Below, one piece after another: positions 40,037 through 48,962 of a DNA stretch of 64,000 nucleotides (position 1 is the first letter of the stretch; each line of letters opens with the position of its first letter). Below the pieces are notes generated by a model. That model did not search any database. It saw nothing but the letters and a program-made list of their open reading frames with translations, and was not told the origin of the DNA. The stretch comes from Actinoplanes sp. (GTDB taxonomy: Bacteria > Actinomycetota > Actinomycetes > Mycobacteriales > Micromonosporaceae), in contig DASWRZ010000338.1 in the NCBI GenBank assembly GCA_036402935.1, positions 10,110-74,109 of the forward strand, in the 5' to 3' direction. The position numbers and the translations under genes are program-made.

Positions 40037-41413
40037 ATGATGACGCCCGCAGAGCTGAGGACCCTCGCCGGCGAGATGCGCCGGCTGACCCCGAGGAAGT
40101 ACGACGGCGACCTGAACGCGCTGACCGCCGCGATCGAGGCGGACGTCGCGGAGTACCGCCTGATCCCGCGGACCCAGTCGCCGGACGCCCGGATGGCCGA
40201 GACGCTGCGGCTGATGGGCTGGCTGATGTACGAGACGACGTGGACCGCCCTGCAGCAGATGCCGCACCGGTTCCGTCAGGAGGGCGGTGAGTCGGGCCGG
40301 AAGGCGAGCGACCGGTACGACGTGATCCTGCGAGTCACCAACGCCGCTCGTCAGCTGCCCTGGCCGGAGTACGCGATCCTGGCGCTCGGCGCCTACCGGG
40401 CGCTCGCCCTGGCCGAGTCGAAGCACGACGACGAGCAGGCGTACGTCAAAGCGCAGGAGTTGCACGACGAAGCCCGTGAAGCGCACGCCGATTTCCAGAC
40501 CTACCATCTCGGCCGGGACCTCGAGGAGCTGGACCGGGACCTGCGCGCGCTCGACGAGATCTTCCTTCAACTGGCGCTGGCCGAGACCGGGACCGCGTGC
40601 CGCACCGCCGAGATGGTGATCGACCGGTGGACCGACGACTTCGCGCCGAACGGTGCGGACGCCGACGACTACCTGCTCAAGCTGTATCGGCAGGTCGTCA
40701 AGGGAATCGAGGTCGGCGAGCAGGCGCTGGAGGTCGCCGACCGGGTCAAGCGCCGGCACGGCTTCGTCGACGAGGTGACCGAGGAAGGCCTCGCCCTGCC
40801 GACGAGCTTCATCAATCCGGGCGTCATGACGGCCCGCGCGATCCTGCTCCTGCTCGCACTCTCGCCGGAGATGGAACGGCTCGGCCTGTTCCCGCTCGGC
40901 AGCGACAACTCGTGGGACGAGACCCGCCGCAACCTGCAGAAGCGGTTCGACAGCGCCTACTCCTACATCGAGCGGCCGATCGAGAAGTCCTCGGGCGAGC
41001 GGATCGAGCTGCGACCCGACCTCCAGATCGCCGTCGTGCAGATGCGGACCGCGGCCGGGCTGCTGATGCCCGGTCACGAGTTGCCGAGCACCCTCGACTT
41101 CGCGCCCTGTCTGTCCCACCGGGTGCTGGACGACGCGGCGGTCGAGGACATGAGCGCCTGGATGACCGAGACCATCACCGACAACCACGGCCGTACGACG
41201 CAGCGGACGACGTTCCGCGGGTTCGGCGGGTCGAGCATGCCGAACCTCTTCGCCGGAGCCGAGGCGTGCCGGGCGGCGTTCGGTGGGGTCCCGGGCTTCA
41301 AGGCCTGGCGGGCGCGCTGGTTCGTGCTCGACAAGCTGGCCGGCCAGCCCGGCCGGGCCGCCACCATCTCCCAGGAGCTCGGCATTCCGGTCGAGCCGGC
41401 CCGCCCTATCTGA
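40037..41413 (+). CDS. Hypothetical all-alpha (possibly TPR-like) protein
   Basis: RBS GGAGG, high GC3, normal composition; no recognisable motif. Confidence 0.75.
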   Translation: MMTPAELRTLAGEMRRLTPRKYDGDLNALTAAIEADVAEYRLIPRTQSPDARMAETLRLMGWLMYETTWTALQQMPHRFRQEGGESGRKASDRYDVILRVTNAARQLPWPEYAILALGAYRALALAESKHDDEQAYVKAQELHDEAREAHADFQTYHLGRDLEELDRDLRALDEIFLQLALAETGTACRTAEMVIDRWTDDFAPNGADADDYLLKLYRQVVKGIEVGEQALEVADRVKRRHGFVDEVTEEGLALPTSFINPGVMTARAILLLLALSPEMERLGLFPLGSDNSWDETRRNLQKRFDSAYSYIERPIEKSSGERIELRPDLQIAVVQMRTAAGLLMPGHELPSTLDFAPCLSHRVLDDAAVEDMSAWMTETITDNHGRTTQRTTFRGFGGSSMPNLFAGAEACRAAFGGVPGFKAWRARWFVLDKLAGQPGRAATISQELGIPVEPARPI

Positions 41414-43649
41414 CGTAGGCGTTGAAGAGGGCCCAGTCCAGCTCGTCCGCGTGTGCGGACAGGCTGATCTGGGCCTCTCGCAGTGCCCGGTCGAGCGAGT
41501 GGACTCCGTCCGGGACCCGCTCGGCGAGCCGGCGCGCCAGCCGGCCGGCGGGCAGGTCGCCGACCGAATCGGTGGCCGCGACGACGCAGCGGCCGCCGCC
41601 CGCGAGCACCGCCATCACGAAGCTCAGCAACTCGTCGTGCTCGAGGTTGTCGATCAGGCCGATCTTGCAGGAGGCCATCAGCGCCGACTCCGGCCAGTGC
41701 AGGCTGAGGGCGAACGCGGCCGACAGCCGGCCGTCGGGCTCGTCCGGCAGCATCAGATGTTGCCCCAGGCCGGTGCCGTCGCCGTGGGCCGCGACGTGCA
41801 GGAAGCACCAGGGATCCCGGCTGTTGCGCAGGGCGGCGCTCAGTTTCGGCGCGATCTGAGCGCCGGGCACCGTCCGGGCGTGGCTGAGTTGCCCGGGGGA
41901 GAGGCCCCAAGCCGCCGCCTCGGGGTCGATGTCGACCCCTTCCGGGCCGCCGACCAGGCGGATCAGTGCGGGCACGGTCGTGACCGGCGTTGCCTGTCCG
42001 GTCAGGCAGGTGAGGACCGGGGTCTGGCCGAGCACGGCGCGTTCGATCAGCCGGGTGCCCGAGTCGTCGATGCGCAGAGCCGGCCAGGGCAGGAGGCTGA
42101 GACTGCGGTGGGGCGAGATGATGAGGTCGAGCGGCGTCCGGTCGTCGTGGTCGCGCAGCAGTTCCCGCAGACGGCGGGGGAGAACCTCCCGGCCCAGCGC
42201 GTGCCAGTCGGTGGCGGCTCCGACCCGTTCCGCCATCGGCCGGGTGTCGCCCTCGCCGACCAGGGCCTCGAGGTGAGGGCCGAAGCGGAAGCCCTCGAAG
42301 TGGATCTCGCCGGTCGGCTCGCTCAGCGTCCGGAACCAGTTGACCTCGCCCATCGTGTCGGGCAGGCCGGCGAAGTCGAGGGCGTGCCGGTCGCCGAGCC
42401 GGGCCTGCACCACCTTCACGTCCCGCGGACTGGGCAGGATCATGTCGCCCAGCATCGGGGTGACCCACTTCGCGATCCGCTGTTGCACCTCGGCGATCGT
42501 GTTCTCCCGGGACTGGCGCCGTTCGGCGAGCGCCGGTGCGTGGGGCGACGTATCCGGGCCGGCCCGCTCGTCCGGGTCGGCCCGCTCGTCCGGATCGGAC
42601 AGTGGCTCGTCGGCCGCCATCGCATCGGCGAGCAGGCCACGGATGGACCGCGGCAGCAGCGGCTCGCCCTCCCGCAGCCGGGTCGCGAAGCCGGACTGTT
42701 TCGCCGACAGGCACACCCGCAGGCCGAGGGCGGCCGCCCGGGCGCTGCTCAGCTGCTCGGCCAGCAGCGCGACGTCGCCGTAGACCCGGCGGAACGCGAT
42801 CGCCATCGGCGTCGGCGAGCGGGCGATGACGCCCCAGCGGGCCCGCACCTGCTCGGCGATGTCGAGCGCCTCCTCGGCCAGGGCCACCGTCTCGTCCGGG
42901 GCGGCGCCGGCAAAGGCCCGCACCTCGGCCAGGGCGAGTGTCAGCGACAGCTGGTAGAGGTCGTGCCGGGTGTCGGCGACGCGGTGCCACTGCAGGTGGG
43001 TCAGGGCCGCGGTCAGTCGGCGGATCGCCGCGTGGTCGCGTTCCCGGGCGTACTCGGCCAGGCCGAGGATGAACTCGTAGCGATGGCGGGTCGAGTAGCG
43101 CCGGGCTTTCCCCCGGGTCCAGTAGGTGCCGGCGTAGTGGCCGAGGTCGGCGAAGACCTCGTCGGGGCGGCCGCGACCCAGCCGGTCGGCGCCGATCTCG
43201 AACTGGATGTCGGCCCAGCGCGTCTCGGAGCCGGCGGCCAGATAGAAGGTCGGCCCGGGCGCGGTCGCGGTCGCGTACGCCTCGTCGTGCCGTTCGGCCA
43301 CCCGGAGGCTGCGGATCAGCCGGTACGTCGCGTTGACCTCGGCCCGCCGATGGAGCGCCTGCCCGTCGATCGAGGTCTCGTAGAGTTCGCCCAGCGCCGA
43401 CCGGTAGCTCTCGACGATATCGAGATCCGGTGCCACGGTGATGCCCATGAACCGACCGAAGCCGGCGACGGCGGCCGCGTGTTCGTGGCCCATGCGGCGA
43501 TAGGCCCAGTCGCGCGCGGAGCCGGTGCGCGACAGGGTGCGCAGGAGTGCGACGGCCCGCTCGAACAGTGCCGCGCCGCCGCCGGCGATCTGCGCGTCCC
43601 GATCGAGCTCCTGAACCACCTTCATGTGGGGCTGGGCGTCATTGGCCAT
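41406..43649 (-). CDS. Helical-repeat plus CHAT (caspase-like) protease
   Basis: LIISPHRSLSLLPWPAL, LHVAAHG (His), LMASC (Cys), LREAQ..WALF; CACGAT 7 nt before ATG 43649 (alternative ATG 43658). Confidence 0.85.
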   Translation of the reverse strand: MANDAQPHMKVVQELDRDAQIAGGGAALFERAVALLRTLSRTGSARDWAYRRMGHEHAAAVAGFGRFMGITVAPDLDIVESYRSALGELYETSIDGQALHRRAEVNATYRLIRSLRVAERHDEAYATATAPGPTFYLAAGSETRWADIQFEIGADRLGRGRPDEVFADLGHYAGTYWTRGKARRYSTRHRYEFILGLAEYARERDHAAIRRLTAALTHLQWHRVADTRHDLYQLSLTLALAEVRAFAGAAPDETVALAEEALDIAEQVRARWGVIARSPTPMAIAFRRVYGDVALLAEQLSSARAAALGLRVCLSAKQSGFATRLREGEPLLPRSIRGLLADAMAADEPLSDPDERADPDERAGPDTSPHAPALAERRQSRENTIAEVQQRIAKWVTPMLGDMILPSPRDVKVVQARLGDRHALDFAGLPDTMGEVNWFRTLSEPTGEIHFEGFRFGPHLEALVGEGDTRPMAERVGAATDWHALGREVLPRRLRELLRDHDDRTPLDLIISPHRSLSLLPWPALRIDDSGTRLIERAVLGQTPVLTCLTGQATPVTTVPALIRLVGGPEGVDIDPEAAAWGLSPGQLSHARTVPGAQIAPKLSAALRNSRDPWCFLHVAAHGDGTGLGQHLMLPDEPDGRLSAAFALSLHWPESALMASCKIGLIDNLEHDELLSFVMAVLAGGGRCVVAATDSVGDLPAGRLARRLAERVPDGVHSLDRALREAQISLSAHADELDWALFNAYVR

Positions 43650-43769
43650 CGCCAGCATCGTGTCGCGCCGGAGGATGCGGCCGACCACGTCGGACCTGGT
43701 GAAACTCCGGATCGGCACGGGTCGAGCATGCCGGAGCCGCGGTCGGAACGTCATCCGCCGAGCGGCCGG

Positions 43770-43816
43770 ACCGCCGGTCGATCCAGGGTCGGCTCGATCC
43801 AGGGTCGACCGGCGGT
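43770..43816 (-). terminator. Hairpin downstream of GH27 gene
   Basis: ACCGCCGGTCGA...TCGACCGGCGGT 12-bp arms; loop carries a duplicated TCGATCCAGGGTCG. Confidence 0.5.
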
Positions 43817-43828
43817 GCGGGACGGGTG

Positions 43829-45403
43829 TCAGCGCAACTGCCAGTCCTGGTTCGAGCCGCCGTTGCAGGTGAACAGCTCGGCCAGGGCCCCGTTGGCCCG
43901 GCCGGCGTCGTTGTTGCCGCCGATGATGTCGAGGCAGAGACCGGACTGGACGCCAGTGATCGTGCCGTCCGGGTTGAGCCGCCACTGCTGGTTGGTGCCG
44001 CCGTTGCAGGACCAGAGCGTCACCTTGCTGCCCGAGGCGCTGCCGTTGGCGTCCAGGCAGAGGGTGCCGCCGTAGGTGCGGAGCTCGCCGGCGGCGGTCG
44101 GGGTCCACTTCTGGTTGGCGCCGGTGCCGCAGTCCCAGATCTCGACCTTGGTGCCGTTCGTGGTCTCGTTGTTGTAGACGTCGAGGCAGCGGTTGGCGAC
44201 GGCGCTGACCAGCTGCTTGGTCGCGCCGACGCTGGTGCCGCTGCCCGGCGAGACCCGGAACGCGACCACGCCGTGCCCGGGAACCGACGCGCTGATCGAG
44301 CCGGTCGTCGTGGTGACCACGTTGGACCACAGGTTGGTCAGCTTGTACTGCGACGATGCCGGTGCGCCGACCGCGGAGGCGGAAGTGGAAACGACAGAAG
44401 ACCCGGCGTTCTCGTTGAACAGCGTCACCGCCACGTCGCCGTTGGCCAGCGGCTTGGCCAGCACGTCGAGCCCGCCCGACGACGAGATCTGGCGGCCCTG
44501 CACGCCCCGGGAGTCCTGATCGACCGCGATGACGCTGCCGTTGCGATAGACGCCCAGCGTCTGCGGGGTGGCGTTGCGCAGGTCGGCGCCGATCAGCAGC
44601 GGCGCGGCCATCGCCGACCAGAGGGTGAATTCGGTTCGGTCCTCCTGGTAGGACATGCCGTTGCCGATCTCCAGCATGTCGGGGTCGTTCCAGGCGCCCT
44701 TGGAGGCGTACGGGTAGAGCCCGACGTTCTGGTGATAGATCGACAGCATGCTGTTGTAGTTGGCCTGGATGTCCCCGGTGGTACGCCACAGGTTGCCGGT
44801 GCCGGCGCCCCACGTCCACACGCTGTCCTCGCCCCACTCGCAGAGGCTGTAGACGATCGGCCGGCCGGTCGCGGCCAGCGCGTCGCGCATCGCGTTGTAG
44901 CGGACCTTCCAGTCGACGCCCTGGTTGTTGCAGTTGTCGTACTTGAGGTAGTCCACGCCCCAGGCGGCGAAGTCGGCCGCGTCGGTGGTCTCGTGGTTGA
45001 GGCTGCCCGGGAAACCGGCGCAGGTCGCGGTGCCCGCGCTCTCGTAGATGCCGAGCTTGAGCCCCTTGCCGTGGACGTAGTTGGCGACCGCGGTGATGCC
45101 GCCCGGGAACTTGGCCGGGTCGGGCACGAGGTGGCCGCTCGAGCTGCGGGACGACGACATCCAGCAGTCGTCGATGTTGACGTACTGGTAGCCGGCCGCC
45201 TGCAGGCCGGCCGCGGCGATCGTGTCGGCGGTCTGCTCGACCAGCTGGGCACTGATGTTGCAGCCGAAGGTGTTCCAGTCGTTCCAGCCCATCGGTGGAG
45301 TGAGGGCGAGGCCGTTGCCGAGGGCGGCGGCCGGGGATGCGGGGATGAGGACCGTGGCTCCGAGGAGAGCCGCGACGGCGAGGACGTGTCGGACCAAGCG
45401 CAT
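43829..45403 (-). CDS. Secreted GH27 alpha-galactosidase with C-terminal ricin-B lectin (CBM13)
   Basis: Signal peptide, LTPPMGWNDWN, IDDCW, DYLKYDNC, WRTTGD, WNDPDML; QxW repeats. Confidence 0.95.
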   Translation of the reverse strand: MRLVRHVLAVAALLGATVLIPASPAAALGNGLALTPPMGWNDWNTFGCNISAQLVEQTADTIAAAGLQAAGYQYVNIDDCWMSSSRSSSGHLVPDPAKFPGGITAVANYVHGKGLKLGIYESAGTATCAGFPGSLNHETTDAADFAAWGVDYLKYDNCNNQGVDWKVRYNAMRDALAATGRPIVYSLCEWGEDSVWTWGAGTGNLWRTTGDIQANYNSMLSIYHQNVGLYPYASKGAWNDPDMLEIGNGMSYQEDRTEFTLWSAMAAPLLIGADLRNATPQTLGVYRNGSVIAVDQDSRGVQGRQISSSGGLDVLAKPLANGDVAVTLFNENAGSSVVSTSASAVGAPASSQYKLTNLWSNVVTTTTGSISASVPGHGVVAFRVSPGSGTSVGATKQLVSAVANRCLDVYNNETTNGTKVEIWDCGTGANQKWTPTAAGELRTYGGTLCLDANGSASGSKVTLWSCNGGTNQQWRLNPDGTITGVQSGLCLDIIGGNNDAGRANGALAELFTCNGGSNQDWQLR

Positions 45404-45484
45404 TCGTGCACCTCGATGTGTGTCCGTGTGGGAACACGTCTCATTAGGTGCCCTTATATGGATCCTCGTCAATAGAGCGAACGC

Positions 45485-46441
45485 TCAGCTCCACAGAGTT
45501 ACATGAACGGACGGCCTGAAGTGCCCGACATTGACCCCGGTTCCCCGCATCATCGCCTGGATCGCCCGTGGAGTGGAGGCGAACCGGGCCAGTTCGGCCG
45601 CCGCCGACGGCGCACCCTTCTCGGCCAGGGTCAGGGTGTGCCAGACCGCCTCGACCGTCGCGTGGGGGCCGGCCGGCTGCACGAGCCTCCCCGCGCGTAC
45701 GTCCGGAGCGACCGCGAAGGTCGGAGCGGGAGCGACGCCCTTGCCTCTTTTGGCCTCCTCGAGGGCCGCGGCGTGACTCTGGAAGATCTGCTGGTGATCT
45801 TCGGGAACGGCGAGCCGGCGCAGAAGGGCCGGCACCGCCTCCGAGGAGGCCGCGGCCGACGGCCCGAGCAGCCAGGTCTGCTCGCGGAGCTGACCGGGCG
45901 ACGGACGCTGACCGGCGAGCGGATGGTCGGCGGCGACGACGAGTACCAGGCGGTAGTTCATCATCGGCCGCGACAGCACCGTCTCCGCGGAGAGCAGGGG
46001 CAGCGGGCCGACCGCGATGTCGATCGACCGGGTCAGCAGCAGCGCCTCGAACGCGGCCGGACTGCGCACGCTGAGCTCGACGTCGAGGTCGTCGGCCCGG
46101 CTCGCGAACAGCTCGATCAGGCCGGGGGCGGCGTGCTCGGCGAACAGGCTCGACGCGCCGACCCGCAGCAGCCGGCGGCCCCGCCCGGCCGCGCTGACCT
46201 CGAGCACCGTGATGTCCTGCAGGCCCAGCATCTCGGCGCCCCGGCTGGCCAGCCGCAGGCCGCCGGGGGTGAACGCCAGACCGGCCGCGGTGCGGGTGAA
46301 CAGCCGATCGCCGAGCTCCCTGCGGAGCTGCCCGATGTGCAGCGAGACCGCCGACTCGGACACCTCCAGCTCGGCCGCGGCGTGCTTGACCGAACCCAGC
46401 CGGACCACGGCCGAGAACGCCCGGAGCTGGGTGGGGGTCAC
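45485..46441 (-). CDS. LysR regulator, CutR/Rv0377-like CO dehydrogenase regulator
   Basis: MTPTQLRAFSAVVRLGSV..LAFTPGGLRLASR..FAEHAAPGLIELF..FRPSVHVTLWS resembles mycobacterial cox-linked LysR; TACATT 6 nt before GTG. Confidence 0.85.
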   Translation of the reverse strand: MTPTQLRAFSAVVRLGSVKHAAAELEVSESAVSLHIGQLRRELGDRLFTRTAAGLAFTPGGLRLASRGAEMLGLQDITVLEVSAAGRGRRLLRVGASSLFAEHAAPGLIELFASRADDLDVELSVRSPAAFEALLLTRSIDIAVGPLPLLSAETVLSRPMMNYRLVLVVAADHPLAGQRPSPGQLREQTWLLGPSAAASSEAVPALLRRLAVPEDHQQIFQSHAAALEEAKRGKGVAPAPTFAVAPDVRAGRLVQPAGPHATVEAVWHTLTLAEKGAPSAAAELARFASTPRAIQAMMRGTGVNVGHFRPSVHVTLWS

Positions 46442-47679
46442 GTCTGCAATGTATCGCGCTTGATCGGTGCTGGACGTACCGCGGCGAGCACCAACAGAAC
46501 CCACATGAGCCGGGCGTCGTAGTAATCGCCGGAGAACAGGCAGGCGCCGCCGACGAAGATCGCGCAGTAGCCCACCGCCCGGGCCTCCAGCGAGCGTTCC
46601 GAGCGCGGGATCTTGGCGAACTCGTGCCGCAGCTGGACGAATGCGTTGATCAGCAGCAGCAGGCCGATCGCGCCGCCTTCGGCCGCCACGGCCAGCGGCA
46701 GGTTGTGCACATAGCGCTCGCCGGAGCCGCGGTTGGTCTCGACGTAGAAGCCGTTCACGCCCGTACCGAAGAACGGACGGCGCATGAACAGGCCGAACGC
46801 CAGCTTGAACAGCACGTCCCGGTCCGAGGTGTAGCCCTGCTGCAAGGTGCCCTGCACGAACCGTTTCTGGATGAAGCCGCCCACCGCGTCGCCGGCCAGC
46901 AGCCAGGTCACTCCCGCCAGCACCGCGGTGGTGAGCAGCGCCTTGAGCGAGGAGCTCGGCCGCAGCCGGGGCAGCGCGACCCAGATCGCGCAGGCCAGCG
47001 TGCTCGCCAGGGCCAGGAGGCCGCCCCGGGAGCCGGAGGCCAGGGCGCCGGTGAGGAAGGCCGGGATCCCCAGCAGCCAGATCGGCTTGCGGCCGGCGCG
47101 GAAGTAGAAGTACATCGAGGACAGCGCGCCGAGCACCATGATCCGGACGAAGACGTTCGGGCCGCCGCCGAGCGCCGCCCAGCGACCGCTGGAGGCGTGC
47201 CCGCGGCCCGAGGCGGCGACCAGGAAATAGACCCAGGCGGCGGCGTAGAAGCAGGCCAGGGTCACCCGGACGACTCGATCACGGTCCCACTCGGCCAGCG
47301 TGACGTAGACGAAGACGAGGATCGCGCAGGCGGCCAGGTCGCCGACCGCGGCCCCGGTGGCGGCACCGTTCGGGGCCCAGGTGGCGGAGAGGATCTGGTA
47401 GCCCAGCAGGGCGAGAATGGCGAACAGGCTGCGTACGCCGGAGCCGCCGCGGTGACCCGATCCCTTGAGCTCCAGCGCGAAGCTCATCAACAGGGCCGCG
47501 AACAGCGGCACCCGTACGTCGTTGACCAGCGGGACGCTGATGCCGAGCCGCTCCAGGGTGAACCGGCCGGCCAGCGAGACCAGGAACGCGACGATGACCA
47601 CGAGTCCCGGGCGTCGCCGGCCCTCGCCGACGAGTCCGCAGTTCGCCGCGGCGGGGTGCCGCCCGGTGCCGGCGGTCAT
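46438..47679 (-). CDS. O-antigen ligase/Wzy-family polymerase
   Basis: Multi-TM; GGPN, ASGSRGG, PFFGTG, HNLPL..AEGGAIG. Confidence 0.8.
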   Translation of the reverse strand: MTAGTGRHPAAANCGLVGEGRRRPGLVVIVAFLVSLAGRFTLERLGISVPLVNDVRVPLFAALLMSFALELKGSGHRGGSGVRSLFAILALLGYQILSATWAPNGAATGAAVGDLAACAILVFVYVTLAEWDRDRVVRVTLACFYAAAWVYFLVAASGRGHASSGRWAALGGGPNVFVRIMVLGALSSMYFYFRAGRKPIWLLGIPAFLTGALASGSRGGLLALASTLACAIWVALPRLRPSSSLKALLTTAVLAGVTWLLAGDAVGGFIQKRFVQGTLQQGYTSDRDVLFKLAFGLFMRRPFFGTGVNGFYVETNRGSGERYVHNLPLAVAAEGGAIGLLLLINAFVQLRHEFAKIPRSERSLEARAVGYCAIFVGGACLFSGDYYDARLMWVLLVLAAVRPAPIKRDTLQT

Positions 47680-48962
47680 GCCCGGCGGGAGGCCATCGCC
47701 CGCGTGAGCGCCACGTAGGACGCGGCGCCGAGGAGCGCCGAGGCCACGAGCATGGCGAGCACGGCGGCGGCGGCCGGCGGGAGCAGGGGGTTCAGGGCGT
47801 ACGTGAGGCTGACCTGCACAACGAGCGCGCCCACCAGCAGCGCCGTGGTGACCGGCACCTCCTGCAGCGCATCCAGGGTGGGCCGCACCGCGTAGAAGAC
47901 GGCCAGCGGGATCGCCGACAGCAGGCTGAGCCGCAGGATGCCGGCCGCACCGCCGAACTCGGCCCCCAGGAACTCCCGCACCAGCACCGGCGCCAGGATC
48001 TCGAGCAGGCCGCCGATCACGGCCGCCACCCCGGCCGCGACCAGTGGCAGGGCGAGCAGGCTGCGATGCAGCGAGGCGCCGCCGCCCGGGCTGTCGACCA
48101 GGCGGCTCAGCCGGGGCAGCAGTACCGGGGTGAGCAGCCCGAAGATCGAGCAGATCAGGGTGACGGCCGAGGTCGCGAAGCCCACGTACCCGGCCTCGCC
48201 GGCCAGCGGCAGGGCATGGGCCACGGCGAAGGTCGGGAAGGCGAACAGCGCCGGCAACGCGAGGTCCCCCGGCGTACGCCCGAGGCCGTAACGCACCAAC
48301 CGGCGCAGGGACGCGGTGTCTTCCGAAGCCGTCGCGGAGGCGGGCGTCCGCTCGATGACCAGGATCGCGCACCCCGCCGCGGCGAGCATCCCCACCCCCT
48401 GCAGCACCAGGAAGGACTCGATGCCGGAGGCGAGGAAGAACGCCACCACCGGTACCACCGCGAGCCCGGCCAGCAAGGTCGCGTTGGCGAAGCCCGGCTG
48501 CCCGGCGCCGCGCAGCGCGGCCACCGCGGTGGAGCACAGGCAGTTCCCGGCCAGCATCACGATGATCGCTCCGACCGCCTGGTTGCCGTCGATACCCAGC
48601 AGGCCGGCGAGGGGCCCGCTCACCAGGGACACGGCCACGGCGACGACCGCGATGATCGCGATCTGGACGCCGAGCGCCCGGCGGGCCAGCGTCGGCGCCC
48701 GGGCCCCGCAGCGCGGCAGGTAGCGCTGGAGGCCGGTGCCCAGCCCGGCCATCGTCAGCGGCTGTACGGTCGCCACCGCGCTGCGCGCGATCTGGTAGTA
48801 CGCGAACCCGTCCACGCCGCCCCGGCGCGCGACCAGGTGGAACAGGATCAGGCCGACGGCGAGCCAGATCCACTGCACGGCGACCGTGGCGAGGAAGTCG
48901 TGGCGGATCGCGGCCGGTACGGACAGCAGCAACGATCGCAGGCGCCCGACGCTCTCAGACAC
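47676..48962 (-). CDS. Wzx-like polysaccharide flippase
   Basis: About 12 TM segments, GLGTGLQRY, GEAGY, FLGAEFGGAAGILR; context. Confidence 0.7.
   Translation of the reverse strand: MSESVGRLRSLLLSVPAAIRHDFLATVAVQWIWLAVGLILFHLVARRGGVDGFAYYQIARSAVATVQPLTMAGLGTGLQRYLPRCGARAPTLARRALGVQIAIIAVVAVAVSLVSGPLAGLLGIDGNQAVGAIIVMLAGNCLCSTAVAALRGAGQPGFANATLLAGLAVVPVVAFFLASGIESFLVLQGVGMLAAAGCAILVIERTPASATASEDTASLRRLVRYGLGRTPGDLALPALFAFPTFAVAHALPLAGEAGYVGFATSAVTLICSIFGLLTPVLLPRLSRLVDSPGGGASLHRSLLALPLVAAGVAAVIGGLLEILAPVLVREFLGAEFGGAAGILRLSLLSAIPLAVFYAVRPTLDALQEVPVTTALLVGALVVQVSLTYALNPLLPPAAAAVLAMLVASALLGAASYVALTRAMASRRA

Noticed and set aside
41406-45437. 1343-aa ORF as one giant CHAT protein
   Set aside because: The first ~590 aa are an Arg/Pro-rich off-frame shadow of the GH27 gene; the real start is at 43649 or 43658
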